In this document: positions 49,733 through 60,531 of the stretch, piece by piece | Numbering within the stretch: position 1 is the first letter of the stretch | Layout of the letters: each line of letters opens with the position of its first letter | Assembly (NCBI GenBank): GCA_965242725.1 | Contig: CBDESZ010000021.1 | Location: 62,783-126,782 of the forward strand | Origin: Alkalispirochaeta sp. | Lineage (GTDB): Bacteria > Spirochaetota > Spirochaetia > DSM-27196 > Alkalispirochaetaceae | Length of the DNA: 64,000 bases | Direction: 5' to 3' | The notes under the pieces: generated by a model | Told to the model about the DNA's origin: nothing | The model's database searches: none | Seen by the model: the letters and a program-made list of their open reading frames with translations, nothing else | Program-made: the position numbers and the translations under genes

Positions 49733-50830
49733 CTATCCTGAAATCATTTCAATCAACTCCCCCGCAGATAATCCGTCGATTCCCAGGTTCTTCATGGTAC
49801 GGCCTTCCGAAATGAGATCATGACCAATCAGATACGACCCGAGACGACACGTTGTCTCCATCATTTTGGCATCCAGCCCGAGCTGAGCCGATAGAGAGAC
49901 CATCGGTACCAGTCCGGTTGGGATATCTTCAAGGATGTATCGTGTGTCGAAATGCTTTTGTCCTTTGATACCGCGATATGCGTCGACACTTCTGACGATT
50001 TCCGAGAGCGTCTCAGCCTCAGCCCCGTAGAAATCCTTATACATTTCCTTTACGTCCTTCAGCTCCAGCCCAAGCGCCTTCCCGAGGGCGACGCGTTCCT
50101 GGTCCATGGCCTCCAGAAATTTCCCGATCGTCGGCGTGATTCCGTCACGGTAGTATTCCCAATCCCGTCCGGACTCAATCAGCGAAATGTTGAGAATTGA
50201 CGGTGCAGGGTGCATAATAGCATTCAGGTTTGTGAGGCTCGTCTCGAAGACATTGGATGCGGCGTGCATCCTGGGGAATGCGTCGGCGATCTGTGCCGTC
50301 GCTTCCTCCGTCTTTGAGGCGGGCACCGCTGCTACCGCCAGACGTTCTTTAATTCCGTTGATTGTAGCGTGGCCGGGGGTGGTCACACGGCACGCGTACA
50401 TGAGCGACTGCGCCTCTGCAATCGTCATTGCACCTACGTCCAGTCCGGCCTGTTTGAAAACCTGCCGGAACTCTACGGCGCCGAGGGTTGCACCGGGATG
50501 GATGAATACGATCTGTGACGATGTAATCGATTTTGCCATCTCCCCAGCGATCGCCCGGTGGTAAATGGCCGGAGCAATGACCATGATAATGTCCGCCCCC
50601 TCAATCACTTCGGCCATCTCGGTTGATGCACAGGATACCGGTCCGAATCCCTCGACGGCCCCCTTTACGTGGATGCCACCCGCTTCAGAGATTGCGTCTA
50701 CCGTCTCCTGAACGACGTCATATAAACGAACATCGTATCCCATTGTTCCCAGGTGGCCGGCGGCGGATTGACCGCCGTTGCCGCCACCGATTACCGCCCA
50801 GATATTTCGTGTTTTTGTTCCGCCCCTCAC
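49733..50830 (-). CDS. NAD/NADP-dependent opine (octopine/nopaline) dehydrogenase family protein
   Basis: AVIGGGNGG; HPGATLG; LTNLNAIMHP; YRDGIT; RYILEDIPTGLVP. Confidence 0.88.
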   Translation of the reverse strand: MRGGTKTRNIWAVIGGGNGGQSAAGHLGTMGYDVRLYDVVQETVDAISEAGGIHVKGAVEGFGPVSCASTEMAEVIEGADIIMVIAPAIYHRAIAGEMAKSITSSQIVFIHPGATLGAVEFRQVFKQAGLDVGAMTIAEAQSLMYACRVTTPGHATINGIKERLAVAAVPASKTEEATAQIADAFPRMHAASNVFETSLTNLNAIMHPAPSILNISLIESGRDWEYYRDGITPTIGKFLEAMDQERVALGKALGLELKDVKEMYKDFYGAEAETLSEIVRSVDAYRGIKGQKHFDTRYILEDIPTGLVPMVSLSAQLGLDAKMMETTCRLGSYLIGHDLISEGRTMKNLGIDGLSAGELIEMISG

Positions 50831-50851
50831 GTTCCAACCTCCACCTGCAGT

Positions 50852-51844
50852 TCAGTTGGTAATGCGGCGAAACAGCTCGGCGCCGTATTCGTCTTCGATT
50901 CGGGGCCACACCTCTTCACGCACTTTTTCAGCAATTTCCGCACGATCCGCGTCGGTAAAGGGGATGATTTCCGCACCGATTCCGGCGAGCTGTTCTTCAT
51001 ATGATTGCGTTTCATCCGGCGCCGCTTCCCAACGAGCCGCTTCCATCTCACGGGCCGCACTCATGACGGCATCCTGCTGCTCAGGAGAAAGCTTGTCCCA
51101 CAGACTTTTATTTATATAGAGAAACCACATTTCGAAATGGCTGTTTACCGGCAGATAATAGTTGGTCAGATCACGGAAACTGGACCAATACCCTTCCGCT
51201 CCGGACCCGATGACCCCGTCGACAATTCCAGTCTGCATCGCGGTAAACGCTTCGGAAAAGGGAATCGGGGTTGCCAGATATCCAAGGGCGGTCGCCGTCA
51301 GTTCAAAGGACTTGATTCCGGGAACCCGAATCTTCAGTCCCTGATCGGCGTAGGGATCGGTCGGCGCGGCAGGTTCTTTTGCCAGGGCGATCCCACCGAA
51401 ATATTTCGGATACTGTGCCAGTACTTTGATATTTTCGCCTTCAAAGAGCTCCTCGACGGCGTTCATGAGGTCGCCGCCCCAGGCAAATGTCTCCTGTGCG
51501 TCCTCCCAGCTTGTCACCAGGTACGGTGCGGAGGTAATTCCCAGCGCTTTGGTGACACCGTTGCTTGCCGGCGCGAGTTGCATTTCTATGTCGCCGATTC
51601 CGACGCGCTCCTGTACGACCGTATAGTTTCCCAGCTGGCTCGCCGGAAAGACATCGATTGTTATCTGTCCCTCCGAGTTCGCCGCAACCGCTTCGGTAAA
51701 GGCCGTCAAATCCACGTCCGTCGAGGTTCCCTGGGGACGCACATGCCCGACTTTCCACGTCTGTTCGCCCTGACCGCCCGCAAACACGACACCGGTTACG
51801 GTACACAGTATCAACAGAATGATACCAATTTGCTGTGCTCTCAT
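50852..51844 (-). CDS. dctP: TRAP transporter substrate-binding protein
   Basis: VFAGG leader; FPASQLG; GLKIRVP; FSEAFTAMQTGIVDG. Confidence 0.9.
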   Translation of the reverse strand: MRAQQIGIILLILCTVTGVVFAGGQGEQTWKVGHVRPQGTSTDVDLTAFTEAVAANSEGQITIDVFPASQLGNYTVVQERVGIGDIEMQLAPASNGVTKALGITSAPYLVTSWEDAQETFAWGGDLMNAVEELFEGENIKVLAQYPKYFGGIALAKEPAAPTDPYADQGLKIRVPGIKSFELTATALGYLATPIPFSEAFTAMQTGIVDGVIGSGAEGYWSSFRDLTNYYLPVNSHFEMWFLYINKSLWDKLSPEQQDAVMSAAREMEAARWEAAPDETQSYEEQLAGIGAEIIPFTDADRAEIAEKVREEVWPRIEDEYGAELFRRITN

Positions 51845-51912
51845 TTTCCCACTCCTTTGATTCTTTTTTCAGGGGACTACGTCCCCTGTCTTTTACGAAA
51901 TATCTTTCCAGG

Positions 51913-53226
51913 CTAGGCCAGACCAAACAGCCGCGGCAGAAAGAGCGACAGATCCGGCCAGAAGGTCGTAATGAACACGACGGGGACGTATCCGACCAGG
52001 AGAAACACCATCGTGGGTCCAAGGATGCTGTGAAACTCCGTCTTGCCGATGCGCATACCGAGGTAGAGGATGCTCGCGTACGGTGGGGTCACGCCGCCCA
52101 TTGCCAGGTTGACACCCATAATTGCGGCGAAGTGAACCGGACTGATACCGAGCTCGAGTACGAGGGGAAGCAGCAGGGGTGCAACAAGGATCATTCCCGT
52201 GACGTCATTAACGATCATACCGACGAGAAAGAGGAAGAGATTGATGATGATCAGAAGGACGATCCGGTTGCTTGTGATGCCGAAGAGGATATCGATAATC
52301 GCCTGGGGTACCCGTAAAAGCACATAGGTCTGGCTCAGCATCAAGGTAAAGATGATCATCGTCATGATCGACCCGATTGATGTTCCGGCCTGTCGGACCA
52401 CCTCGGTGATCGCAGCACGATTCAGGTCACGGTACAGCCATACCCCGAGGGGTATTGCGACCAGCGCCGCGACTGCGGCAGCCTCTGTCGGTGTAAAAAC
52501 ACCGCCGTAGATTCCTCCAAGGATTATCACCGGCACCATGAGGCCCGGGATCGCCCAGAGTATACGCTTTCCGTTATAGCGCCGGCGTTCTCTCGGATCC
52601 GCGATCACTTCCTCAAGGCGAATATCTTTGAACCGTCGCGTCCAGACCATATTGATTGCGGAAAACAGGATGATAATCATGATTCCGGGACCGACCGTCG
52701 CCAGAAATGCCGCAAGAATAGAGGTCTCCGTCACCCATCCATAGAAGATCATGATTATGCTGGGCGGTATAAGGAGCCCGAGGACGGAGGATACGGTAAC
52801 CAACGCGGTGGCGTATCCCCGTGGATACCCCTGTTCTACCATGCGCGGTATGAGAATGGGACCCGTTGAGGCGACCCCGGTGAAGCCTGACCCCGAAATG
52901 GCACCGACAATACCGGAAGTCACGATCGCGACGACGCCGATTCCTCCCTTGATCCGTCCGACAAATACATCGATGAAGTTCAGCAGATGTTTCGCGATGC
53001 CGCTTTTTGCAATTAGCAACCCCGCAAGAATAAACAGCGGAGAAGCGAGCAGGACCAGACTGATCGATTGATTGAACGCCCAAAGCATCATGCTCGTCAT
53101 CGACGCGCCGCCAAAGAGAACCATAAAGGCGAGAGCACCCCCGAAACAGTACGGCAGGGGTACGCTGAGCATCAGCAGGATCACGAGAACTGCGACATCA
53201 AGTCCGACGATAGTAAGCATAGACAT
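51913..53226 (-). CDS. dctM: TRAP transporter large permease
   Basis: SPLFILAG; GAISGS; LIPPSI; GVFTPTEAA; TPPY. Confidence 0.92.
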   Translation of the reverse strand: MSMLTIVGLDVAVLVILLMLSVPLPYCFGGALAFMVLFGGASMTSMMLWAFNQSISLVLLASPLFILAGLLIAKSGIAKHLLNFIDVFVGRIKGGIGVVAIVTSGIVGAISGSGFTGVASTGPILIPRMVEQGYPRGYATALVTVSSVLGLLIPPSIIMIFYGWVTETSILAAFLATVGPGIMIIILFSAINMVWTRRFKDIRLEEVIADPRERRRYNGKRILWAIPGLMVPVIILGGIYGGVFTPTEAAAVAALVAIPLGVWLYRDLNRAAITEVVRQAGTSIGSIMTMIIFTLMLSQTYVLLRVPQAIIDILFGITSNRIVLLIIINLFLFLVGMIVNDVTGMILVAPLLLPLVLELGISPVHFAAIMGVNLAMGGVTPPYASILYLGMRIGKTEFHSILGPTMVFLLVGYVPVVFITTFWPDLSLFLPRLFGLA

Positions 53227-53237
53227 ATACAGGCTCC

Positions 53238-53750
53238 TCAGGATTGCGACCGGGTTGGCCGACCAACCGCGTTGTAGCGATCTACAAGTTCCACAAACGT
53301 GAAAAATGTCATTGAAAGAAGACCAACAAACATGGCCGATTCACCGAGAAATAGCGGTAAATACAGGAGGTTGCTCAGTTTCCAGACTCTCATCGAATAG
53401 AGGAAGTATTTGAACGCCCAGAAGGTCAGCCATATACTGATCAATGTTGAAATGACGGTCCTGACGAAGTAAAAAATCGCCAGGCGTCTCTCATTCTTGA
53501 TATACAATGCGAGAATACCGGCCTGGATATGATCACGCTCATATGAGGCGACCCCGCCTCCAAGCATGTATAACCAGATCGTCGGAAAGAGCATGATCTC
53601 TTCAATCCCCATCAACGGCATCTGGAGGACGTACCGAAGGATCACCTGGATCACGACAAGCACCGGAATGACTGTAAGGAGTACGAGTACAACACCCTGT
53701 TGTACCCGCGCAATTCCTCGCGTTACTGCTGAATCGGCAATACTTTTCAT
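53238..53750 (-). CDS. dctQ: TRAP transporter small permease
   Basis: QVILRYV..GIEE..WLYMLG..HI; 4 TM helices. Confidence 0.88.
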   Translation of the reverse strand: MKSIADSAVTRGIARVQQGVVLVLLTVIPVLVVIQVILRYVLQMPLMGIEEIMLFPTIWLYMLGGGVASYERDHIQAGILALYIKNERRLAIFYFVRTVISTLISIWLTFWAFKYFLYSMRVWKLSNLLYLPLFLGESAMFVGLLSMTFFTFVELVDRYNAVGRPTRSQS

Positions 53751-53929
53751 CCTGCACCATCCATCTCAAAGAGAGTCGAGTAGTTGTCGTGTTGAATGTT
53801 CAAATGTCCAACAATTAAACAACAAAGTCAGTGTCCCACGAGGGAAGTGAGCTGTCAAGAAAAATCAATTGAAAAAACGCGGAAGCCTACATTGACCGGC
53901 GAATCCGATCGGTTGATGAAAATGCAAGG

Positions 53930-55285
53930 TTATCCGACGACTATGTTTCTGCCGGCATTCTTGCCGCGGTAGAGGTTCCCGTCGGCGGCACTGATCACGC
54001 GATCAATGTCGGCGTCCCGGTTGAAAAGAGAAACGCCGGCGGTTACCGTAATCCGAATCTCCTGCCTGTTGCAGGTGATCGAATGTTCTTCGAGAGTAGT
54101 CCTTAACTTCTCGGCGACGGCCATCACCTGGTCCCGGTCGACATTGATAACCATTATGAGAAACTCTTCACCACCCCATCGGGCACAGCTGTCTTCCGCA
54201 CGTATACTCTGCGTGAGGACCCGGGCCACATCGACAAGAACGCAGTCACCGATTTCGTGACCATAGGTGTCATTGATCCGCTTGAAATGGTCAATGTCGC
54301 ACATCACAATGCCGAAAGTGGATTCTTCCCGCCTCGCCCGTGATATTTCCAGTCGGATTCGATTCATCATGGCCCGTCGATTCCATAAACCGGTCAGGAA
54401 ATCGGTATAGGCAATATCCTCTATTTGTCTGACCGCGTTTTCCAGTTTGGCCTTTTCTTTCCTGAGTTCGTTATTGGAGGTGCGCAGGGCTTCGGTATAC
54501 ACGTTGATGAATTGCTGAATGCGTGATTCAAACAGTACCGTCACGACCAGCAGCACCAGGATGGTCACGAGGACGGTGATCCCGATGCTCCGTATCGTCC
54601 TGGTCGTGGACATCCGCATTTTATCGCTTTCCCGTGCTACAAGCGCATCCACGTCGTCCAGGTAGACCCCCGACGCAACGATCCAGCTGTAGGGCTCGTA
54701 CAACCGTGCGTAGCTCAATTTGTGCGAAATCACATCGGAGTTCATTTTCGGGAAGTAGTAATCGAAGAAGACTTCACCCCCCGCTTTTACGCCCTCAAGC
54801 TCCTCGAGATACGGCAGATTTCCTGCAATATCAGTCGTGTATGTGGACAGATAATCACCCTCTGTTTCGGGGAGATTGGGGTGGGCAAAGCGGACAGCGT
54901 ACGCCTCTCCGCCGTCAAAATCCACGATCTCGTTGATCCAGATATACCCGTCGTCAGGGAGGACTGTTGTGTGTATGAGCTCTTTCACGGCGGTACGAAA
55001 GCGGATTTCGAAATCCTCCGCGTCGAGGGAGGACGCGGACTCTCCCAGGTTTGTCCGTATCCGTTCAATGTCGCCGATTTTCTCAACGATAATGGCCCGA
55101 AGGAACACCTTTTTCTGTTCAATGATGCTTTCCGACAGCTGCGAGATTTTCAGGGACAATTCGGCACGAGTTTCCAGAACAGCGGGAATAATCAGTGAGA
55201 CAACGATCAGGACGAGTGTTGCCCCGGCACCCACGTAAAAGAGACGTCTGAATTTTCGCCTCGCAAGCGTTGGCGTACCGTCCAT
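53930..55285 (-). CDS. Cache-domain diguanylate cyclase
   Basis: TM-Cache(GYIWIN..HP..GE.FFDYYFPK..KLSYARLYEPYSWIVASGVY)-TM; DFLTGLWNRR; DIDHFKRINDTYGH; RWGGEEF. Confidence 0.92.
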   Translation of the reverse strand: MDGTPTLARRKFRRLFYVGAGATLVLIVVSLIIPAVLETRAELSLKISQLSESIIEQKKVFLRAIIVEKIGDIERIRTNLGESASSLDAEDFEIRFRTAVKELIHTTVLPDDGYIWINEIVDFDGGEAYAVRFAHPNLPETEGDYLSTYTTDIAGNLPYLEELEGVKAGGEVFFDYYFPKMNSDVISHKLSYARLYEPYSWIVASGVYLDDVDALVARESDKMRMSTTRTIRSIGITVLVTILVLLVVTVLFESRIQQFINVYTEALRTSNNELRKEKAKLENAVRQIEDIAYTDFLTGLWNRRAMMNRIRLEISRARREESTFGIVMCDIDHFKRINDTYGHEIGDCVLVDVARVLTQSIRAEDSCARWGGEEFLIMVINVDRDQVMAVAEKLRTTLEEHSITCNRQEIRITVTAGVSLFNRDADIDRVISAADGNLYRGKNAGRNIVVG

Positions 55286-55375
55286 TCCCTCCAGTATACA
55301 GTATTTCCCGGTCGTCGGAGGTACCACACGGCATATTGGAGACAATACCGCCTCGGAAGCACTACACTTCCGGGT

Positions 55376-55957
55376 ATGAACAGACGAGCCGTTCGTGCCG
55401 TTATCGCGGTCACTCTGATCGCCGTTGCGGGCCGTCTCCCGGGGGACGACGCCTGGCTGGGCTGGAGTCTCGGTTCATTGTCCGCGGGATACGATGTGTA
55501 CCACCAGTCCGAGCTCAATCGGATCACGCTGGGCGAGGTCATTTGGTACAACGAAGATAAACGGGCAGGATTGACTATCAGCCCCCTTGAATTTTCTTTC
55601 GGGAGTCATCGTGAAAATGATCACGTCGCACTTCCGATTGAAGGGCGCTACTCCTTTCTCAGGCTGCGTGAAACCGGCGGTATCGAGGGATACGTCCGCG
55701 GCGCTATACGCCTCGACGATCCATTCGGGGAGTTTCGTTTCGAAGGGGGAATCCGGATCGGAACGACCCTCCGTTCGGACAAAACGTTGTGGTGGTACAG
55801 CCCGTCATTTTCGGTTTCCCAGTTTGTCACGACAGATTCCGAAATCGTTTCGGCGGCGGAGATCGATCTCGGTTTTCTCCTGTATGCCATTGGACTGGCT
55901 GAAACGGAGCTATCCAGGGAGCGCTATTCCGAAAGTTCCGGCCGAGGCGTGTGGTGA
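55376..55957 (+). CDS. Hypothetical exported protein, beta-strand rich
   Basis: Signal-peptide-like N-terminus; alternating hydrophobic/aromatic strands; fills the gap between flanking genes. Confidence 0.55.
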   Translation: MNRRAVRAVIAVTLIAVAGRLPGDDAWLGWSLGSLSAGYDVYHQSELNRITLGEVIWYNEDKRAGLTISPLEFSFGSHRENDHVALPIEGRYSFLRLRETGGIEGYVRGAIRLDDPFGEFRFEGGIRIGTTLRSDKTLWWYSPSFSVSQFVTTDSEIVSAAEIDLGFLLYAIGLAETELSRERYSESSGRGVW

Positions 55958-55976
55958 GACGATCCCGTGAAAGCTC

Positions 55977-57560
55977 TTATCCCCGTGAGTGAGTACCATC
56001 CGCGCCGCTCCGGAATCCGGCCCAGTCGACATGCAGTTTTCTCATACGGGCGCGAAGCGTGTTGGGGTTGACGCGCAGGAGTGCAGCCGCCCCACCGGGC
56101 CCTTCCACCCGCCCCGTACTGAGTTGTAACGCCGCCTCAATGTGATTTCGAACGAGTGTATCGAGCGGTAAAAAACGGTTCGTATCGACGGCACCGGCTT
56201 GAAGATTACCGGCAGGTCCATTCTCTTTGATTGCGTCGCCGTAATTCGACGCCGGTCCGGAGAAGACACCGAGAGCGGCGGCGATTTCAAGTCCATCACC
56301 GTCCCCTAGGATTGCGGCCCTGTCCATTACTGCCGCAAGCTCCCTGATATTACCCGGCCAGTGGTATTTCAGGAGAATATCGATATCCTCGGGCATCGGC
56401 ATCTGCGCTTTCAAACCGAACCTCCGTGCCGCCCTCGCGGCAAAATGTTCGGCCAACGCGGGAACATCATCAAGTCGTTCCCGCAGCGGCGGCAAAACGA
56501 GAGGGAATCCCGCAATTCGGTACCACAAGTCCTCACGGAATTCACCCAGCTCCACCATTCTCACAAGGTTGCGATGGGTAGCCGCCACCACCCGTACGTT
56601 CACATGTACCGCGTTCTCCCCTCCCACCCGCTCAAAAAAACCTTCCTGCAGAACTCTGAGAAAGCGTACCTGCGCCGGCATAGGGAGTTCACCTATTTCA
56701 TCAAGGAACAACGTGCCTCCATCAGCCCGTTCAAACCATCCGCGCCGTCGAGAGGATGCTCCCGTAAAGGCTCCCTTTTCGTGACCGAAGAGCTCGGAAT
56801 CGATCAGTTCTGACGGGATGGCTCCACAATTGACTCGGATAAAAGGCCCGTTTTTGTGTTGCGACTGTTCGTGTATAGCCCGGGCGATGACCTCCTTTCC
56901 TGAACCGGTCTCACCAAAAACGAGCACCGGCACATCCAGGGGCGCAACCTGTGCAACTCGACGCATAACACCCTTCAGCCCCCGTTCGGCACCGATAATC
57001 GTGGTATGCAAATCCTTTCGCCCCAGGCGGACCAGCGCAGATTCCCTGTCCGCCTCTGCGGCGTCACGAAGAGACTTCAGCTCGTGAATTCTCCGGTCAT
57101 TTCCGATGGCGACAGCCAACGGCTCCAAAAGCGTGGCAAATAGATTTGTATGGAGACTATCGAATGTGGTCCCTTCGGAAGGAACAAAGTCCACCAACCC
57201 GACGAGTTCACCGTTTAATATCAACGGCCCCCTGATACCATGCTCCGCCGGCCATACATTGAGGGTTCCGATGCCCATTGCCGAATCACCCCCGGCGCAT
57301 CGTTCCTGACCCACCTGCTCCACCATCCGCCTCTCGGTGGTCGTCAAGTTCTTCGTTTCCATCACCACCGAAGCATTTTCGAGCGATACCGTTACCGAGA
57401 AGACGGTACCGGTTACAAGATCCGGTCGTTGAACGACTAATTTCCCGATCGGGACATGTCGACGAATTAAATCGCCGATGGAATATACCGATTCCTTCAG
57501 GCTCAGATGTCGTCCAACTTCCCTCCAGACATCACCGATCAAGGGGTAGAAACGGTTCAT
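55977..57560 (-). CDS. Sigma54-dependent enhancer-binding protein (GAF-like + AAA+ + HTH; FhlA/HyfR-like)
   Basis: GETGSGKE; SELFGHEKGAFTGA; LFLDEIGE; WPGNIREL; GAAALLRVNPNTLRARM; GAGG RBS. Confidence 0.93.
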   Translation of the reverse strand: MNRFYPLIGDVWREVGRHLSLKESVYSIGDLIRRHVPIGKLVVQRPDLVTGTVFSVTVSLENASVVMETKNLTTTERRMVEQVGQERCAGGDSAMGIGTLNVWPAEHGIRGPLILNGELVGLVDFVPSEGTTFDSLHTNLFATLLEPLAVAIGNDRRIHELKSLRDAAEADRESALVRLGRKDLHTTIIGAERGLKGVMRRVAQVAPLDVPVLVFGETGSGKEVIARAIHEQSQHKNGPFIRVNCGAIPSELIDSELFGHEKGAFTGASSRRRGWFERADGGTLFLDEIGELPMPAQVRFLRVLQEGFFERVGGENAVHVNVRVVAATHRNLVRMVELGEFREDLWYRIAGFPLVLPPLRERLDDVPALAEHFAARAARRFGLKAQMPMPEDIDILLKYHWPGNIRELAAVMDRAAILGDGDGLEIAAALGVFSGPASNYGDAIKENGPAGNLQAGAVDTNRFLPLDTLVRNHIEAALQLSTGRVEGPGGAAALLRVNPNTLRARMRKLHVDWAGFRSGADGTHSRG

Positions 57561-57719
57561 GGCACACCTCTTTTACCGCTAAATACCATAGCTTTCCTTG
57601 TTATATGGTAGCACATACCGGTCCACAACTACCACATATGGCAGGCGCAAGCCAGGCCGGTTTCACCGCAAAACCGACAAGTTGATATAAAGAAGAGACT
57701 TACGCGATCCTAGCCATTC

Positions 57720-57735
57720 TGGCACGGCGTTTGCT
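57720..57735 (+). promoter_or_regulatory. Sigma54 (-24/-12) promoter of the sulfate ABC operon
   Basis: TGGCACG-GCGT-TTGCT, an exact consensus with GG-N10-GC spacing, 38 bp before sbp. Confidence 0.88.
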
Positions 57736-57773
57736 GTTAACGTTTCGAAGCCACGAATCAAAGGAGCCTTCAT

Positions 57774-58820
57774 ATGCCCATAAAGAAATATGTCTTTCCT
57801 GGATGTCTTACCTTATTGCTTTTTTTCACAATTATGGTCGTCCCATCGGGAGGTAACCTGGAAGACAAGACTGGCGGCGATGCCGGGAAAACACTCCTCA
57901 ATGTCTCCTACGATCCGACCCGCGAGCTTTACAGGGAGTACAACGTCGAGTTCAGCCGGCGATGGGAATCGCTGCATGACTATCCGGTAACGGTCAGACA
58001 ATCCCACGCCGCCTCTGGAAAACAGGCTCGCGCGGTCATAGACGGCCTGGACGCGGATGTGGTAACTCTTGCCGTCTCAATTGATATAGACGCCATTGCC
58101 GCCAACAGCGGATTCATCGCCCCGGACTGGCAGACCCGCTTTCCTGACAACAGCTCTCCCTACACGACGATTCAAGTCTTTCTTGTCCGGAAAGGCAATC
58201 CCCTTGGTATCCGTGATTGGGATGATCTCGTCCGTCCGGGTATCGAGGTTATCACCCCCAATCCCAAGACATCGGGCGGCGCAAGATGGAACTTTCTCGC
58301 CGCCTATGGCCATGCTCTCCTTACATCCGGCGGCGACCACCGCGTTGCGGAGGATTTCGTCGGAAAACTGTTTGCCAATGTTCCGGTCCTGGACACCGGT
58401 GCCCGGGGTGCTACAAACACCTTTGTCCGAAACGGAATTGGTGACGTGCTGATCACCTACGAGAATGAAGCGCTCCTTGCACAGAAGGAACTGGGAAGGG
58501 AATTCGAGATTGTGGTACCGCCTCGGACGATTCTTGTCGAGACGCCGGTCGCAGTGGTAGACGCGGTTGTCGACCGGCACGATACCAGGGAACTTTCGAT
58601 CGCGTATATCGGTGGGTTGTACGAGGATTGGGGGCAACGAATCGCGGCGAGTAACTTCTATCGTCCCCGCAACAGCGTCATCCTCCAGGAGTATTCCCGA
58701 CAGTTCCCAGCAGTCGACACGTTCACCGTTGAGGAGGTTTTTGGTTCATGGCGGGACGCGCAGAAAAGATACTTTGACGACGGCGGCGTATTCGATCGCC
58801 TGTATGAAGGAGTAAACTGA
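57774..58820 (+). CDS. sbp: Sulfate ABC transporter substrate-binding protein
   Basis: LLNVSYDPTRELY; QSH..SGKQARAVIDGL.ADVVTLA; PNPKTSGGARWN; GDVLITYENEA. Confidence 0.94.
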   Translation: MPIKKYVFPGCLTLLLFFTIMVVPSGGNLEDKTGGDAGKTLLNVSYDPTRELYREYNVEFSRRWESLHDYPVTVRQSHAASGKQARAVIDGLDADVVTLAVSIDIDAIAANSGFIAPDWQTRFPDNSSPYTTIQVFLVRKGNPLGIRDWDDLVRPGIEVITPNPKTSGGARWNFLAAYGHALLTSGGDHRVAEDFVGKLFANVPVLDTGARGATNTFVRNGIGDVLITYENEALLAQKELGREFEIVVPPRTILVETPVAVVDAVVDRHDTRELSIAYIGGLYEDWGQRIAASNFYRPRNSVILQEYSRQFPAVDTFTVEEVFGSWRDAQKRYFDDGGVFDRLYEGVN

Positions 58821-59686
58821 TGTTCCTGCCGGCGCGCACACGTTCGCTCGTTCGGCGGAGACCGTACAATCCGCTTCCCGGGTTCGGAATCACCACAGGA
58901 TATACCCTGACATACCTCGCATTGGTCGTGCTGATCCCTCTTTCCGCTCTCTTAGTCCAAACCGCCGGAATAGGATGGCCAGCCTTCTGGTCGACTGTCA
59001 CCGACCCCCGCGTTGTCAGTGCCGGTCGACTGACGTTCGGGCTGGCAGCAACTGCGGCAATCGTGAACGCCGTCCTCGGCTCGATCCTCGCGTGGACCCT
59101 CGTACGCTACACATTCCCGGGCAAGTCGATCCTTGATGCGATGGTAGACCTGCCCTTCGCCCTGCCGACTGCCGTCACCGGCATCGCTCTCACCACCGTC
59201 TACTCCCGGAACGGTATTCTCGGTCAATGGTTTTATCACGCAGGGATCGAGACCGCATATTCCCCACTGGGAATCGCCATCGCGTTGGTATTCATCGGAT
59301 TCCCCTTTGTGGTGCGAACGGTACAACCGGTAATGATCGACCTGGAACGAGGACAGGAAGAGGCGGCCGCATCTCTGGGTGCACGCCGCTTTCAAATCAT
59401 CCGGCGGATAATCCTACCCGACGTGCTCCCTGCCATTATCTCCGGTTTTACCCTCGCCTTTGCACGCGGAATCGGTGAGTACGGCTCAGTCGTATTCATT
59501 TCGGGGAATATGCCCATGCGGACGGAAATTGTACCCCTCCTGATTGTTACCAAGTTGGAACAGTATGACTTCCAGGGAGCGGCAGCGCTGGGAACCGTGA
59601 TGCTTGTCATTTCTTTTGTTCTACTCCTGGTGATCAACTTCACACAATGGCTGTCTCGTCGCCATATTGGGCGAGTCAGACCATGA
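58820..59686 (+). CDS. cysT: Sulfate ABC permease CysT (CysU)
   Basis: LPGFG; DLPFALPTAVTGIALT; PFVVRTVQPV; GEYGSVVFISGNMP. Confidence 0.93.
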   Translation: MFLPARTRSLVRRRPYNPLPGFGITTGYTLTYLALVVLIPLSALLVQTAGIGWPAFWSTVTDPRVVSAGRLTFGLAATAAIVNAVLGSILAWTLVRYTFPGKSILDAMVDLPFALPTAVTGIALTTVYSRNGILGQWFYHAGIETAYSPLGIAIALVFIGFPFVVRTVQPVMIDLERGQEEAAASLGARRFQIIRRIILPDVLPAIISGFTLAFARGIGEYGSVVFISGNMPMRTEIVPLLIVTKLEQYDFQGAAALGTVMLVISFVLLLVINFTQWLSRRHIGRVRP

Positions 59687-60531
59687 AATCCGCGCGGGCG
59701 GGCGACGGATTGACGGAGTCGTTGTGGGTACGATTCCTTTGTACGGGTGTGTCATGTATCTTTGTGGCCCTTTTTCTGGTGATACCGCTGTCGGTGATTC
59801 TCGCGGAATCGTTCCGAAACGGTCTTTCAGGATACTTGTCATCCTTTTCCGACCCGGCGGCCCTCGCCGCCATACGTCTTACTCTCACTGTCACGGTAAT
59901 CGCGATTCCGCTGAATATGGTGTTCGGTCTGGCGACGGCGTGGTCGATCGGGAAGTTCGATTTTCCCGGCAAAGGCGTGCTCATTTCACTCATCGATCTT
60001 CCGTTCTCGGTATCGCCGGTGATATCCGGTCTCGTGTATGTGTTGCTGTACGGTGTACACGGATGGGTTGGGCCATGGTTTCTCAATCGCGGCATTGAAA
60101 TCATTTACGCAGTACCCGGAATTGTCCTTGCCACGGTATTTGTTACGTTGCCCTTTGTCGCCAGAGAACTTATCCCTCTCATGCAGGAACAGGGTACCGA
60201 CGAAGAGCAGGTTGCACTGACTCTCGGAGCGGGAGGTTTACGGACATTCTTCCGCGTTACTTTGCCGAATATCAAATGGGCACTTCTGTATGGCGTCATT
60301 CTTTCAGTAGCGCGCGGAATAGGTGAGTTTGGCGCGGTCTCGATAGTGAGCGGCCACATCCGCGGAGTCACAACAACCGTACCGCTTCACGTCGAGATCC
60401 TCTACAACGAGTACAACTTCGTGGCTGCATTCGCCGTGTCTTCCGCCCTCGCGCTCCTCGCGCTCCTGACCCTCGGCGTCAAGACGATCGCGGGGCAACA
60501 TCGCAACCGGATGGATGGGGATACACAATGA
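59683..60531 (+). CDS. cysW: Sulfate ABC permease CysW
   Basis: [53 protein letters not shown]. Confidence 0.94.
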   Translation: MKSARAGDGLTESLWVRFLCTGVSCIFVALFLVIPLSVILAESFRNGLSGYLSSFSDPAALAAIRLTLTVTVIAIPLNMVFGLATAWSIGKFDFPGKGVLISLIDLPFSVSPVISGLVYVLLYGVHGWVGPWFLNRGIEIIYAVPGIVLATVFVTLPFVARELIPLMQEQGTDEEQVALTLGAGGLRTFFRVTLPNIKWALLYGVILSVARGIGEFGAVSIVSGHIRGVTTTVPLHVEILYNEYNFVAAFAVSSALALLALLTLGVKTIAGQHRNRMDGDTQ

